A DNA stretch of 64,000 nucleotides from Octopus sinensis (GCF_006345805.1 NC_043024.1:20199138-20263137); one strand, 5' to 3'. Shown: positions 40,356 through 55,028, counted from the first letter of the stretch. Notes: generated from the letters alone by a model not told the origin. Translations and numbers: made by a program.

Positions 40356-40810
40356 GGTGATTGCGTGAAAGAGCAGTGCATGCCATCAAAGTGACACTGG
40401 GGTAAAATATACGAAGCCCAGTATACCCATCATGACTACCCGTCTGATAAGGGTACACCAGCCACGTGCATCGAACCATATGTGCGCGATATGGTGATCT
40501 CATATCACGATAAACAGAAAATGACCTTGCATACAGTTAGAATTTTCTTCTGGTCGAGTAGCCCAATCTGCTCAAAAGGTCCTTGGATAAGGACTGTTTA
40601 AGGATGTCGAATAAACCCCCCATGTTTCCGAAAGTGAATTATCCAAACCTACAAGAATCCCTCTCAACACACGGCTATGGTGCCCCCACTACTTCTGCTC
40701 GTGATCAGAGATGCACATATATCAGCCAATAATGGACATGCTCAACTGGTTATGGTCAAACAACTGACAAGCAAATCTGTGGTATTGATCAGAATATTTG
40801 CTGTAGCCCA
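40355..40810 (-). mobile_element. Unclassified non-coding interspersed repeat (family E) ending in an (AAT)n tail
   Basis: A second partial copy lies at 39490-39600, and its minus-strand 3' end abuts the (AAT)n array. Confidence 0.5.
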
Positions 40811-40919
40811 TCTTTTATACCAAGACAAAATAATGTATATGATAACACTTCCAATAAGTTAAGATCAGAAGCCATGAGAACCACTTCCTGGTACTGCATC
40901 ATGGCATTTATTATCATCA

Positions 40920-40980
<61 letters not shown>

Positions 40981-41006
40981 TGTTATCATCATCATCATCA
41001 TCATCA

Positions 41007-41054
<48 letters not shown>

Positions 41055-41116
41055 TATATTATTTTATTATCATCATTATTATCATTATTTTATTATCACC
41101 ATTATCATCATCATCA

Positions 41117-41157
<41 letters not shown>

Positions 41158-41480
41158 GTTATTATTATTATTATTATTACTATTATTTTTATTATTATTA
41201 TTATTATTATTAATATTATCACTAGTTGTAGTAATGACATTCTTGATATTATTATTCTTGTTACTGTCATAGTATGTAGTAGTAGTAGTAGTAGAAGTAG
41301 TATGATGTGTTGTTCTGCATTATGGTCGTCGTTGCCGTAATCGATATTGTTTCGTTGTTATTGTAATTGTTGTCAATCACACATTTCCAAAACATTACAG
41401 ACGCAATTAAATGCAGGAGTGATCAGACTAAGTGTGAAAAGGATAATATGCACGCATGACTGTTTTAACACAAACACTCA

Positions 41481-41849
41481 TAGGCGCAGGAGTGGCTGTG
41501 TGGTAAGTAGCTTGCTAACCAACCACACGGTTGCGGGTTCAGTCCCACTGCGTGGCATCTTGGGCAATGTGTTCTTTGCTATAGCCCCGGGCCGACCAAT
41601 GCCTTGTGAGTGGATTTGGTAGACGGAAACTGAAAGAAGCCTGTCGTATATATGTATATATATGTATATGTGTGTGTGTTTGTGTGTCTGTGTTTGTCCC
41701 CCTAGCATTGCTTGACAACCGATGCTGGTGTGTTTACGTCCCCGTCACTTAGCGGTTCGGCAAAAAGAGACCGATAGAATAAGTACTAAAAGGTGGTGCT
41801 CCAGCATGGCCGCAGTCAGATGATTGAAACAAGTAAAAGAGTAAAAGAG
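41481..41849 (+). mobile_element. SINE family A with an internal deletion
   Basis: It lacks the gggcttac...ctcgact segment present in other copies. Confidence 0.9.
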
Positions 41850-41856
41850 TATACAC

Positions 41857-41888
<32 letters not shown>

Positions 41889-42483
41889 CACACCCGTACG
41901 CGTAAATACTAATATAAATAGGTATACAGGTACATTCATACATGTATACGCAGGCATACTCAGATATACTCACGCCCAGCGGCTCATAGAGATGCGTATT
42001 CAAGGACACACAGACACACGTATAACATACATACCTGTATGTGTGCATGTAAATATAAATGAACGCATGTGTGCGTGCATGTATTTATATGTATATATAC
42101 AAAAGTTAGGCATTTATACCTAAGTTGTATATGCGTATATGTATATATATATATATTAAAATACAAAAGAGAATAGGATATCTGACACGCTAGAAAGAGC
42201 AGTTAAAACTCCAAGCCGCCAATTCTTTCTCGCTAGACCACTGGTAACTAAGAATTTTTCTATGAATATTTTTGCTACACTAAGATTATATATATATATA
42301 CACACACATATGTGTATGTGTATGCTGATGCATAATTCGCAAACACATATATAAATATATACACACATATATATATATATACATACAAATCTACTTATAT
42401 ACATATACATGCATATTTATATATGTATATCTGTGTGTGTGTATTGTCTGTAAACATACATGCATACATATATACATGCATAC

Positions 42484-42526
<43 letters not shown>

Positions 42527-42569
42527 AATATATATACATATAGTATATATATATAACATATATAAACAT

Positions 42570-42615
<46 letters not shown>

Positions 42616-42959
42616 ATGTATATGCATACAGTAAAATGTAAATTAAATGAATATGTATATGCCATTACCGTCTCCATAATGGCTGACAACATGGAGTGTG
42701 TAGCGCTATCATTTACTTCCTATTTTTATTTGAATATTTATTATTTGCTATTTGTCATTGTTATTTGTTTTTTAATAGTGTTTTTATGTCGCTATGTGTC
42801 TTGTGTTATTGCTTGGCAGGTTGTGGGAGAGAAGATGTTTTCTTGTTTGTGTAAAACACATAAAAAAAAACACAGTAAAATAATACAAAACTACAATTAA
42901 CTATATTTATGGTCGCTGAATTATTTTTTATATTATTTCCCAATATATAATCATTTTAT

Positions 42960-43558
42960 TCCATGATATTCTTTTTATATTATTATTATTAAAATTATTT
43001 CTATTATTATATTATTATTATTATTATTATATTATCATTATTATATCATTCATCATCATCATCATCATATCATCTTCATCATCATCATCATTCATTAGTA
43101 TTATTATATTATTATTATTATTATTATTATTATATTATTATTATATTATTATTATTATTATTGTTATTATTATATCATTATTATTATTATTACTATTATT
43201 AACGTTGCAGGTGTTATTGTTATTATTATTATATCAATATTAGTATTGTTGTTGTTTGTGTCGTAGTAGTCCTCATTCTCATTTTATTGTTAGCATTATT
43301 ATTGTTAGATTTAATATTATTAATATTATTAATATTACTACTATTATAATTATTTTATATGATCATTATCATCATTATTATGGTTAACAGTATTATTATT
43401 ATCATTTGCTTATGGTAATTTTTCTATTATTGTTATTGTTAATTTAATATTATTACTATTATCATTAGTAATATTACTATTGCAATTATTATTATTATTA
43501 TCATTATTATTATTATTTTTATTATTATTATTATTATTAATATTATTATTATTATTAC

Positions 43559-43592
<34 letters not shown>

Positions 43593-43770
43593 GATATTAT
43601 TATTATTATTATCATTATTATTATTATTATTAATAATAAAAATAATACTAATAATATTACTATTTTTATTATTGATATTATTTTCCTTATTATTTTTAGT
43701 ATTATCATTATTCTTTCATTTTGTTTGCATGATTATTTTTGTTATTACTATGTTTTACTATTACCAATGC
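42960..43770. repeat. Degenerate (TAT)n array
   Basis: Direct reading. Confidence 0.92.
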
Positions 43771-44274
43771 TACTATTAATATTACTATCGTTGTTGCAAT
43801 ACAGTATAGGGAAGTGTTCGTACAGACATCTTTTTTTCTAGTTAGAAGAGTCGACATTCTCAAGATGATTCAAATTTCTAGAAGTGCAATATTTTGTAAG
43901 ACAAACCCAGAATTTAACGATTATCGAAAGAGTGCTTATAACCGAGTGCGTTGCTATTATGTTATTGTGTTGATCTGTATATAGCTTTTTCAAGATGGAG
44001 GCTTTGATGAAGATGATGACGATGATGATGATGATGGTGGTGTTGATGGTTGTAAATGGTATTCTTCTTCATAATGTTGGTTAATGATCGAGAGGGGTAA
44101 GGTTTGATTTTCTACTTACGCTGGTATTTTGGCGTGTGATAAGTGTTGTTAATTTTTTCGAATTGATATTAAAGCTGTTTTTGTTCGTTATCTCGTTATC
44201 CCTATGTCATTTCATACACAGATACATGCATACATACATACATGCATGCATACACACATATACAAACAAACATA

Positions 44275-44313
<39 letters not shown>

Positions 44314-45072
44314 GCAAAACAACAAATAACATCCATATACATATACATACATAGTATATATGCAACACACGACACCAACGTATATATATATACATATACG
44401 TATATGTATATATGTATATATGTATATGTATATATGCAAATGTATATAACACACACACACTATATATGCACATATATATTTGTGTATATATGTTTATAAA
44501 TATTTATATATATTATGTGTTCGTATGTATATATTATATGCGCGTATATATACTATATATACACAGAGATACACACACTCACTATAATATATATATAGAT
44601 ATATATATATATATATATAGACTATATTATATGTTGCGCGTGTGTGTGTATGCTGTAATTTATTTATTTTTCGTATATTGGTTATAGCTTCGGTTAAGTT
44701 TTTCCTTTACATTATTTTTCTTGTATTACATTCATTTATAAATATTTATTTCCATAATTTTATTTGCACATGGTATGTCTTCTGTCAGTAACTTGCTTTC
44801 GCTCCTTGCAGAAATTTATCTCAATTTCTAATGTAAACAGCAGAACAAGTCAATTGTCAATTATTGCTACTGCTGTTAGTGCTTATGTATGTATGTATGT
44901 ATGTGTTTACCAAAGTGTGTTTGTGTGTATGTAAATATGTCGGTGTCTTAGTATGCATATATGTACGTCTATTTAAATGTAACGTGTGTTGCCGGCTCTT
45001 GTCCATACAGGTGGCATTCTAAAGTAATGTAATAAATTTCAAGTCCACTTGTTAATCTATCTTGATACATAA

Positions 45073-45129
<57 letters not shown>

Positions 45130-45130
45130 C

Positions 45131-46293
45131 AGACATGCGCTGAGACTGCGACATCTCCGGCGCTTCATAGACAACGGTGAACAGGGGTGGTCGCCTTTTG
45201 TGCGGCGCGCTTTCCCGCAGCTCGTCTCCTTGGACGAACTACAGTCATGGATCAAGCAGAGACCGAGGCTAGGCGAATGGCACCGCGAGTGTCGCGTTGC
45301 TCTCAAGCAACTCTGCCGTCCGGGATCGAACTTGTGCGACTCCATCACAACAAAGGCATTCTATAGAGGATTAGTGGTGGGGAGGTGCTACTACGAACTC
45401 GGCAGAGTCTGGGCGTCGACGAGGAACACCTGACCCGCCTGTTCAGGACAACTTTCGGGCCGGGACCTATGAACAATCACCAAATCCCTGGCCTGGCAGT
45501 GCTATCGAGAAGCTTACCTGTTCGGGATAAGCTCTACAGACACGGTTCCAGACACACTGGACCGACTTGCCCGAGATTGCGGTCAGAGCGACGAAACCGT
45601 TCTGCACGCACTCGTGCAATGTCCAACCATTTCCGACCTGTGGGCTTATGCCGAACGGCTGCTGTCACGTGTGGGACGAATCCGCCTATCGGCCGAGTCT
45701 ATCGTGAGAATTGCTCCGCCCCCTTCCCTCAACCGGGAAGGCAAGGCAGTTTTCATCGTACTGGTGGCCATGGTGAAAGAACGTGTGTGGTGGACTCGAG
45801 CGAAAGGATTAGAGACAAACACTTACCTCTCTGGCCAATCGCTCATCAACTTTTTCAAGTACCACTTGAAAAGGAAGGTGAGAATGGAGAGGGAAGTTTT
45901 GTCTCGCGAAAGATTCAAAAAAAGATGGGTGAATGTTGCAAAGATGGTGCGTGCTAGTAACGAAACCATTTTGAGCATGATCCTGTAGATCGTAAAAAAG
46001 AAAGAAGAGAGCATTTTTGACCTCATGTGTTTATTTCCATTTCCTCCTGACTGGGGTTCCCGTGGTCTTTTCTGTAGGTTTTCTTCCACGGAAACCCAAT
46101 CTTGTTATATCAATGTTTACACCATTATTTCTGTGATACACGATTTTCCTTTTTTTCCTTTTTCTTTTTCCTCCTCTCGATCCCTTTTGATCGCAATCTT
46201 ACATTTTTTATTTTTTTCCACCCTCGAAAAGAAAAGCTCTGCATTTGTATTTGTCCCCTCTGTATTCAGCCCTGTGTGGCTAATAAAAGAAAG
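45131..46293 (+). mobile_element. L1/Tx1-like LINE 3' portion (zf-RVT-like segment, CCHC knuckle, 3' UTR)
   Basis: RHALRLRHL..F, LPVRDKLYRHG, TCPR(fs)CGQSDETVLHALVQCP..LW, KERVWWTR, RFKKRW..ILSMIL*. It ends gtggctaataaaagaaag and is embedded in (TATC)n on both sides. Confidence 0.82.
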
Positions 46294-46370
<77 letters not shown>

Positions 46371-46399
46371 CATATCTATCTATCTATCTATCTTTCTAC

Positions 46400-46434
<35 letters not shown>

Positions 46435-46436
46435 AC

Positions 46437-46484
<48 letters not shown>

Positions 46485-46605
46485 CCTATCTACCTATCTA
46501 TCTATCTATCTATCTATCTATATATCTATATATCTATATATCTATATATATATATATATATATAATATATATACATAGATATATTACACATACACACACA
46601 CACAC

Positions 46606-46639
<34 letters not shown>

Positions 46640-46839
46640 ATTATATTACTATATTAAATATATGCAAGCATACACCCTATGAACGGTTACAAGATCAAAG
46701 ACAACACTTGTAGGAGACTTTTACAAGCATAAAAATGACTAAAACATAGTGTCTGTTAGAATTAACAAAAATAATAACAACACTAACAATATTAACTCTA
46801 ATAATACAAATATTACCATTAGAAAAATTCAACGAGGAC

Positions 46840-47001
46840 AGAAGTAATAATAATAATAATATTGTTAATAATAATATTAATAACAATAATAATGATAATA
46901 ATAATAATAATAATGATGATGATAATGATGATGATAATGTTGATGATAATAATGATAATATTGATGACAATAATAATGATAATGCTAAGAACAACAACAG
47001 C

Positions 47002-47065
<64 letters not shown>

Positions 47066-47093
47066 TAATAATAATATAATAATAATGAGGAGG

Positions 47094-47131
<38 letters not shown>

Positions 47132-47185
47132 AATAATAATAATGTTAAGAAGAACAACAACGAAAACTAGAATAAAAGTAGCAAC

Positions 47186-47230
<45 letters not shown>

Positions 47231-47366
47231 TATTATTATTATTATTATTATTATAAAAATAATAGTAACAATAAAAATAGTAACAATAAAAATAAAAATA
47301 ATAGTATTAGTATTAGTAGTAGTAGTACTGCTGCTGCTGCTGCCACTACTACTACTACTGCTGCTG

Positions 47367-47420
<54 letters not shown>

Positions 47421-47440
47421 ATAATAATAATAATAATAAT
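46840..47440. repeat. Compound (AAT)n/(GAT)n/(ACT)n array
   Basis: Direct reading. Confidence 0.92.
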
Positions 47441-48014
47441 GGCAGCAGCCAATTAATGAAACCCCACTCATACTCCCAGCGCCTTACCCGTGCACAATCT
47501 GTGTCCTCCATATCTCTGCTAAATCAACAGCATTCTTGCAATTACGCGTTTCCATATAATATGTCAATAATGATTGACACAGCGGACTCTGACTCCGTTA
47601 GTTGACCCTGTTTTGGAATCCAATCAATATCAAGTGGCCACTCGAAACGGATACTCTACACGTCATCCGTTTGCTCTTATCTATATTTTTGCTATTTTCC
47701 ATATGATAACGTGTTGATACGTCAAAGTGTTGGTTATGTCGGGATATTGGTTATGCTGGCATGCTTGTATGTTGAATATGTTGTTATTTTTGTCAAGAGA
47801 TCTCTTATTCTATTGCTTAAATTTATACGTTGCTGAGATGATATTTTGACCTCATTAATTTTGTAATCTGGAAATATGTTGATATTTTGGTGTTTTCTGG
47901 GATATATTGGCGCGTGCATGGCTGTGATTTAAGTTTACTTCACAGCCACAAGTTTCCAGGTTCAGTTCTACAGATTGGCACCTTGGTTAAGTTTTTGCGT
48001 ATGTGTGTTTGTGG

Positions 48015-48045
<31 letters not shown>

Positions 48046-48056
48046 ATATATATATA

Positions 48057-48267
48057 ACGGGAAGCTTTATGAAAATAAACAAAAGACGAAGACAGGTGGA
48101 ATACAAACAAACAATTGTATTAGTATGGCGCTCAGGAATATAAATAAAACAAGTCTTTTACATTTCGAGCCTACGCTCTTCAACAGAAAGATACACAGAA
48201 AAGAAACACGGAGAGAAACAAGGAGAGAAAAAAAATGCGTGCAGAGGCTAGCGAATCAACATGGCGA
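48057..48267 (-). mobile_element. Family G short element (second copy), between (TA)n runs
   Basis: Homologous to 19414-19590. Confidence 0.65.
48155..48190 (-). ncRNA. Minimal type-I hammerhead-like motif with A6U core variant
   Basis: Minus strand reads CUUU-CUGUUGA-A-GAGC guag GCUC-GAAA UG U A-AAAG (GUA triplet). Confidence 0.55.
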
Positions 48268-48572
48268 TATATATATATATATATGTATATATTTCGCTTT
48301 CGTTTGAGGTTTGAAGATTCTTTACGTGAATTTGCGTGTTGTAGCATATTTTATAGTGTCTGGGGAAAGTCATTCACTTTAAATGCCTTATCTATTAACA
48401 AACTCTCCAATTCGATTTCCAGCCATATATTAATTTATTCCGTAAATAATTAAGTAAACCAATAACTACGTAAAGGAGTGGAAATGGAACGTTGAGTGTG
48501 CTAATTAATAAGGCATTTAAATAGAATGACTCTCTCCAGACACAACAAACATACAAACACACACACACACAT

Positions 48573-48606
<34 letters not shown>

Positions 48607-48768
48607 TATATATATTGTATATATAGATATATATATAATACATATATATATATATATACTACATATAATTATATATATATATATAATATATATATATATA
48701 CATTCAAAATATATATATACATTCAAAATATATTATATACATTTAAAATATATATATATATATACGTT

Positions 48769-48908
48769 CAAAATGTGACCGCGTGTGTACCGTTGGCGAT
48801 ATTTTCCACCATCTTCCCTTCCTTCCTGAGCGTCTAATAATACTATATTTGTTCCACGTCCTCGCGTTGTTGTGTTTTCTCTCTGTGCTTTCATGTTATG
48901 ATTAACTT
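48769..48908 (+). mobile_element. Internally deleted copy of the 63021-63208 element, lacking the hammerhead
   Basis: Shares caaaatgtgaccgcgtgtgtaccgttggcgat and ...gattaactt; the deletion lies between cttcc microhomologies. Confidence 0.7.
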
Positions 48909-48974
<66 letters not shown>

Positions 48975-49384
48975 AATAGAAATATTAAAATCACTAATCT
49001 CTCTAAAGAGATTACGGCAGCTTTACTGGAAATTAATGTTATCGCCATATTAATATGGCAGTCTTATAGATATAAGACCTAAGCTGTCGCTGATTAGCTC
49101 CATGAGGCCATCGCCTTAAGCTAGCTATTTGACACACAAACTGTGTCCATTATAACCTTCGAACAAGGAGGTCACCGCTTCACACCGCCAGTCAGACAGC
49201 TACAGTATATATATATATAATAATTATATATATATATTATATATATATATATACTAACCGGTTCGTACTACTTAGCTCTTGCAGTTGGCTGTGGAGAACA
49301 AACAGACCAAGTCACATAACCTGCAGTTGATAGTGAATAATGATCGAAACAGAGCAAGAATGAAAATGTTAAGTTTTAAATTTT

Positions 49385-49605
49385 TAAATATGTGTGTGTA
49401 TATGTTTGTGTGTCTGTGTTTGTCCCCAACATCGCTTGTCAACCAATGCTGCTGTGTTTACGTCCTCGAAACTTAATTGACCGGCAAAGGAGACCGATTC
49501 GACCAGCACTAGGCTTACAAAGAATAAATCCTGGGGCTCGATTTTCTCGACTCAAGGCGCTGCTCCAGCATGACGCAATGAAAAGACTGAATAAGTAAAT
49601 GAATA
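49385..49605 (+). mobile_element. SINE family A, 3' half (diverged)
   Basis: tgtccccaacatcgcttg...ctccagcatg. Confidence 0.75.
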
Positions 49606-49622
49606 AAGGTATATAATATATA

Positions 49623-49656
<34 letters not shown>

Positions 49657-49815
49657 TAACATACATATATATATATACACATACATACATATAACATACA
49701 TATATACATACATACATATATCTACACGCATACATATATACATATACATATATTTATATATATAGCACATACATAGATACATACACACATACACACACAC
49801 ACACACACATAATAT

Positions 49816-49851
<36 letters not shown>

Positions 49852-50487
49852 CTATATATATATATATGTGTGGTGTGTACGAGTGCATCTGCATGTGTGT
49901 GTATGTGTGAGTATTCGTTATGGAACATAAAAATATTATTTTGGGGTATATGTATATATATATATATCGTATTTTTCTGCTATACCGAACCTACAGCGTT
50001 TGTCTGCTTTGCCGTGTTCGTCTGAGATTTCTCAAATATTTAAGTTGTTACGAAGAAAGGTGACTCGTTCACCTTTGTGATTTCAAATATATTGCCTCAA
50101 TAATGAAGTGGTGTTTCTTGACATTGCCGCAGATTTCCGAATATGTTGTTCTTTCATAAGCTGAAGTATTTATTGTTAGATCTCTCACTCCCCAGACCTA
50201 CCTCTATCTCTCTCTTTTTCTATATATTTGTCTCTCTCAATCACTCTCTCTCTCTATGTATCGAGGTATCTATTTCGTACACATACATATATGTATCTGT
50301 TTGTATGCTTGCATGTATGCATGTATATATTTGTATGTTTGCATGTATGTATGCATGTTTGTTTGTAGTTATGTATCTATGTGTGTGTATGTGTATGTCC
50401 TGAAATCCCATTCCTCAGATACACACACACATACACATATATTTATATATTATATGTATGTATACATGTAAATATACATACGTCTAG

Positions 50488-50925
50488 GGAGGCGAACTGA
50501 CACAATCGTTAGCAGGTCGGGCGAACTGCCAAGCGATATTTCGTCTGCCGTTACGTTCTGAGTTCAAATTCCGCCGAGGTCGACTTTGCCTTTCATCTTT
50601 TCGGGGTCGATTAAATAAGTACCAGTTACGCACTGGGGTCTATATAAACGACTTAATCCGTTTGTCTGTCCTTGTTTGTCCTCTCTGTGTTTAGCCTCTT
50701 GTGGGCAGTAAGGAAATCGGTATTTTTAAGTAAAGAAATAGAAGAAAAAAAGTAAAGAAATAGATATTTCGTCTGAGTTACGTTCTGAGTTCAAATTCCG
50801 CCGAGGTCGACTTTGCCTTTCATCTTTTCGGGGTCGATTAAATAAGTACCAGTTACACACTGGGATCCATGTAATCCACTTAATCCTTGTTTGTCCGCTA
50901 TATGTTTAGCCCCCTCTGGGCAATA
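50488..50925 (+). mobile_element. SINE family B with a tandem-duplicated body
   Basis: The core tacgttctgagttcaaattccgccgaggtcgac occurs twice (about 50550 and 50780). Confidence 0.85.
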
Positions 50926-52222
50926 AAAAATTAAATATACATACGTGTGTACCTATGTGTCTATACTTAAACATGACTGTACATATCGCTATTTATGTAT
51001 TCCTGTATATATGTTCTCCCACATATGGGGAAAAATCAATCACAGCGTATGAATGTTAAATCGATTTGTCCTTGACAGCGAAGTGTATGTATTGATGAGG
51101 TTTCAATTTCATTATCACAGAACTTTATCGTATTAAAAAAAAATAAGAATAAATTTGTTGTGCCGTCTTCATCAACCAAGATGTGGCAAGTCGGTGGGGC
51201 GGAGCAAACATTTAATTCCATACTAATGAAGACCAGCTCTCAATTTCCATTTTTAATTAGTTTAAATGAATAACACAGATTTGCTAATTTTAGTTATTTT
51301 CAATTAACTATTCATTTGCATACAATATATAGTGAAAAAATGCCTTCGGCTTCTAGGTTTCGACATTGTCAACTGGTGAAATCCTCTTCGAAATTCCAAA
51401 CACTTGAGTTCTTATTAGGAATCGGGGTTGGGCGGTGCGGGGGTGGGGTGGGGGTGTTCTGACGCTGGTGATGAGTTCGTGTTTCTAAACTCTGGGCAAG
51501 ACAAACACACTATCACACATACACGCACAGACAGGCACACATACACTGATAGATATACGTGCGAGCGAACACACACATACACACACACACACAGAAGTCA
51601 AATTATATAATATAATAATGACTAATACCAGTAATAATAATGTATTTCATTTTCTTAACAACAACAACAACAACAGTTACAACAACAATGATAATAATAA
51701 CAACGACAACAATAATAAAAACAATATTTATTATCGTTGTTATTGTTATTATTATTGTTATATTTATGTACATATGACGGCGAATATAATGACGACGATG
51801 GTAGTGATGTTGATGATGGTGATGATGAAGATGATGATGATGATGATGATATTGATGATAATAACGATGACGTTGATGATAATATCGATGATGATGATGA
51901 CGACGACGATGATGATGATAACGATGTTCATGATAATAATGAGGACGTGGACGACGATGACAGTGATGATGATGATGATTGCTTTATTGATTAAATTCCA
52001 TGGCCACAGGGGAGGGTGATGATTGGTGGTGGTCATTGCAAAGAAAGATTTACAATAAGCAATGAAGTGCGCGCGCGCAATTTCTTGTGTGTGTGTATGT
52101 GTGTGTGAACGAGAGGAGGATAAGAGTTAAGCGAAAATTAAAAACAAATATATAAATAACAGCATAATGAGTATAATTATATTAATATCAATAGAAATAC
52201 AGATACTACTACTACTGCTTCG

Positions 52223-52265
<43 letters not shown>

Positions 52266-52381
52266 TAATAATAATAATAATAATAATAGCAATAATGAAA
52301 AAATAATATCAATAATAATAGCAATAATAATAACAACAACAACATTAATGATAACAATAGCATAATAATAACAATAATATT

Positions 52382-53174
52382 ACTGCAAAATAGAACGGGC
52401 AGAAACAAACTGAGGAGCGGTGGAGTCAGATGCCTCTGCATGAACAGTATATACTCCGAAGCCGAAATGCTGATGTAGACCAAGCAACAACCCATCACTG
52501 GCTGAGAAGTTCAGCACTGAAAACAGAGACTCAAGGTTTCATATTGGCAGCACAAGATAAAAGCTTGTTTACAAAAAAGTAACCAGGCTAAGGTTCTTCA
52601 AAAAGGTTGTGACCCTAAATATAGATTCTGCGATGCACTTGACGAAACAATATACCATCTCATCTCGAGATGTCCCGTGCTAACACGAAGCGAATATAAA
52701 AATCGCTACAATAGTCTGGTAAAGTATTTACATTGGAAAATATGTAGGCACTACAAAATTAGCACTGATTACTGGTATAAACATCATGCTCAGCCAGTCT
52801 GTCAAGGTAGAAATGTCATTATCCTTTGGAGTTTCCAGTCACATCTGACATAACGATCTAGGCTAATCGACCAGACATTATTATTAAAGACAGGGAAGAA
52901 AAATTATAGATATACGTGTCCTCCGTGATAAAAAATAACTATAAAGGAAATTGACAAATTAGGTTAAGATAAGGACCTGGAAATTGAAATACAAAAGTTG
53001 TGGCATCTTAAAGGGAGAATTGTTCCTGTTAATATAGGTGCCCTAGGTATGACGAGAAAGCGGTGTCAGAAACATGTAGATAAGAAAATCCCAGGAGAAC
53101 CATGTCTCAGAGAAATCGAAAAGATTGTGATGATATGGACTGCCCTCATCCTAAGAAAAATCCTATCTATTTAA
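52382..53174 (+). mobile_element. R4/Dong-type 3' fragment (same subfamily as 39312-40263)
   Basis: RWSQMPLHEQY, LKTETQGFILAAQD, YLHWKICRHYKI, ANRPDIIIKD, KDLEIEIQKLWHL, IGALGM, ILRKILSI*. It is preceded by AAT/AAC repeats. Confidence 0.85.
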
Positions 53175-53467
53175 ATGTGTGACCGGTCACGAACCACAAA
53201 TTTGAGTGGTTAGCAGTCCCGAAGTGAATGGTAATACTTATAACATAGGATATAATTTTTTTGGCCCCAAAAATTCCATCAAAGTGGCCAGCATATTAAA
53301 ATACCCTTAAAGGTGAAAATTATAAACAATTATAAACAAGGGCAGTATGTATGTATGTATGTATGTATGTATGTATGTATGTATGTATGTATGTATGTAT
53401 GTATATATGTGTGTATTTAAATATATGTACTCACACAAACACATACATCTATAGACACACATACGCA

Positions 53468-53680
53468 CGAGTGGGTACGGAAAAACTTCCTGGTTTTAGG
53501 TAAAAGAAAATATATGAGGATCATTTAATTATGATTTTATCCAACTTATTTCCTTCTCAGATTCACACACATATTGCAGCAGTCCTTCAGTTTTTCTAAG
53601 CCCTGTAAAAGAACTCGTAAGTTTGGGCCTCCAATCTGGTCTTCTACGATAACCTTAACGTAACACCTCATATTGCTAAA
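53468..53680 (-). mobile_element. Mariner-derived MITE end (second family)
   Basis: Terminus cgagtgggtacggaaaaacttcc; the minus strand encodes LQGLEKLKDCCNMCVNLR, a transposase C-terminus. Confidence 0.65.
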
Positions 53681-54092
53681 ATAACGTTTCACTGCGGCTT
53701 TCGTCTTGGAATCCATTAGTTGAAGACGGAAACATCGTCCAGCAGCCGCAGTGACATTACAAAATGTGTATTCCTTTCCCATTGTGCTTCATTAATAGCA
53801 ACTATCCGATAGCAACGTCATGCAGAGAACCCATTCTAATACAATAGAAAGAAATGGGATTTTCGTTATTAGCAATGGAACAGTATTAGTTCAAAATAGT
53901 AGTCTCTCCTTCTCCCCCTCTCTCTCTTGTGAGGATGATCAGGTGCTTAACTGAGGGTAAAAGGCTTCGAATGACCCGTCCTTTTTTTTTAATCGTCTAT
54001 CTGGATGTTTTGTTGTCCATTTTGTATCACCTAGTTGTCCTGATATTTTGCGTTCTTGTCCCATTTTGTACTATATACATATATTATTATAT

Positions 54093-54130
<38 letters not shown>

Positions 54131-54131
<1 letters not shown>

Positions 54132-54296
54132 CTGTAAAATAATTTGACAATTATTCGGTAGCCAAGATAAAACTCTAAGTTTCGGATTCCGAGGTGGAAA
54201 TCCACACCACCATCTCTACGGTTATTTACAGATAATTTCCTCTATTTACATAATATCGAGGTCTCTTTCATCTTTGTTATCTTACCGTTTTTTACC
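54131..54296 (-). mobile_element. (TA)n-flanked short element with a degenerate hammerhead-like fold (54167-54225)
   Basis: Minus strand AUAA-CCGUAGA-...-CC-GAAA CU uag AG U U-UUAU; stem II is imperfect. Confidence 0.35.
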
Positions 54297-54313
54297 AAGA
54301 TATAATATATATA

Positions 54314-54401
<88 letters not shown>

Positions 54402-54971
54402 TACGTAAAATATTATGTTTTTGAAAGCCTGCTAAGCTGATTCATTGTTTCGAGAAAGTATCTCTTGTAGACGTGTAGTGTTTAAAAAAAGTAGAAACAT
54501 GATTAACTAGCGAAAATCACATAAAATTTCCTCAACAGAACAAAAATCTATAAAATATTCACTTGTCTTTCTAAGGTAGTCTTTAGTTTTCCTTGATTTG
54601 TGAAATGATTCCTTCATTAATTTGTCCATGCTTTGTATATTTACAGACAGACATTTCCTGTGGTCAGGAAATTCTATGTATTGTGTTATAAATAGTGTAA
54701 TAAATTTTTTCTTTCATGGTGGCTGAGGAGACGAACAGAGAGCGAAACAGCTAGATATTGTGCTAAATTTCCCATACACAGGTGGCTTGTTTGACTTTAA
54801 CTCACCTCTTTTTAATTCATATTCATATACATTCATTGCACCGATTATAAATTTAGTCGTTGTGCTTTATCAATAAGTAAATAAATCGCTTCGATTTACT
54901 AAGCTGGTACAATCTTGATATATGTGCGTGTATCACCGGTATATAAAACTATACATATCTTTTCCTCTCCC

Positions 54972-55028
<57 letters not shown>

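Noticed and set aside
43790-43900. Possible further Dong 3' end (minus-strand LQNIALLE..ILR) next to the (TAT)n array
   Set aside because: Too short and degraded to call.
51618-52019. Poly-Asp / poly-Met ORFs
   Set aside because: They derive from a (GAT/GAC)n microsatellite and no splice context is evident.
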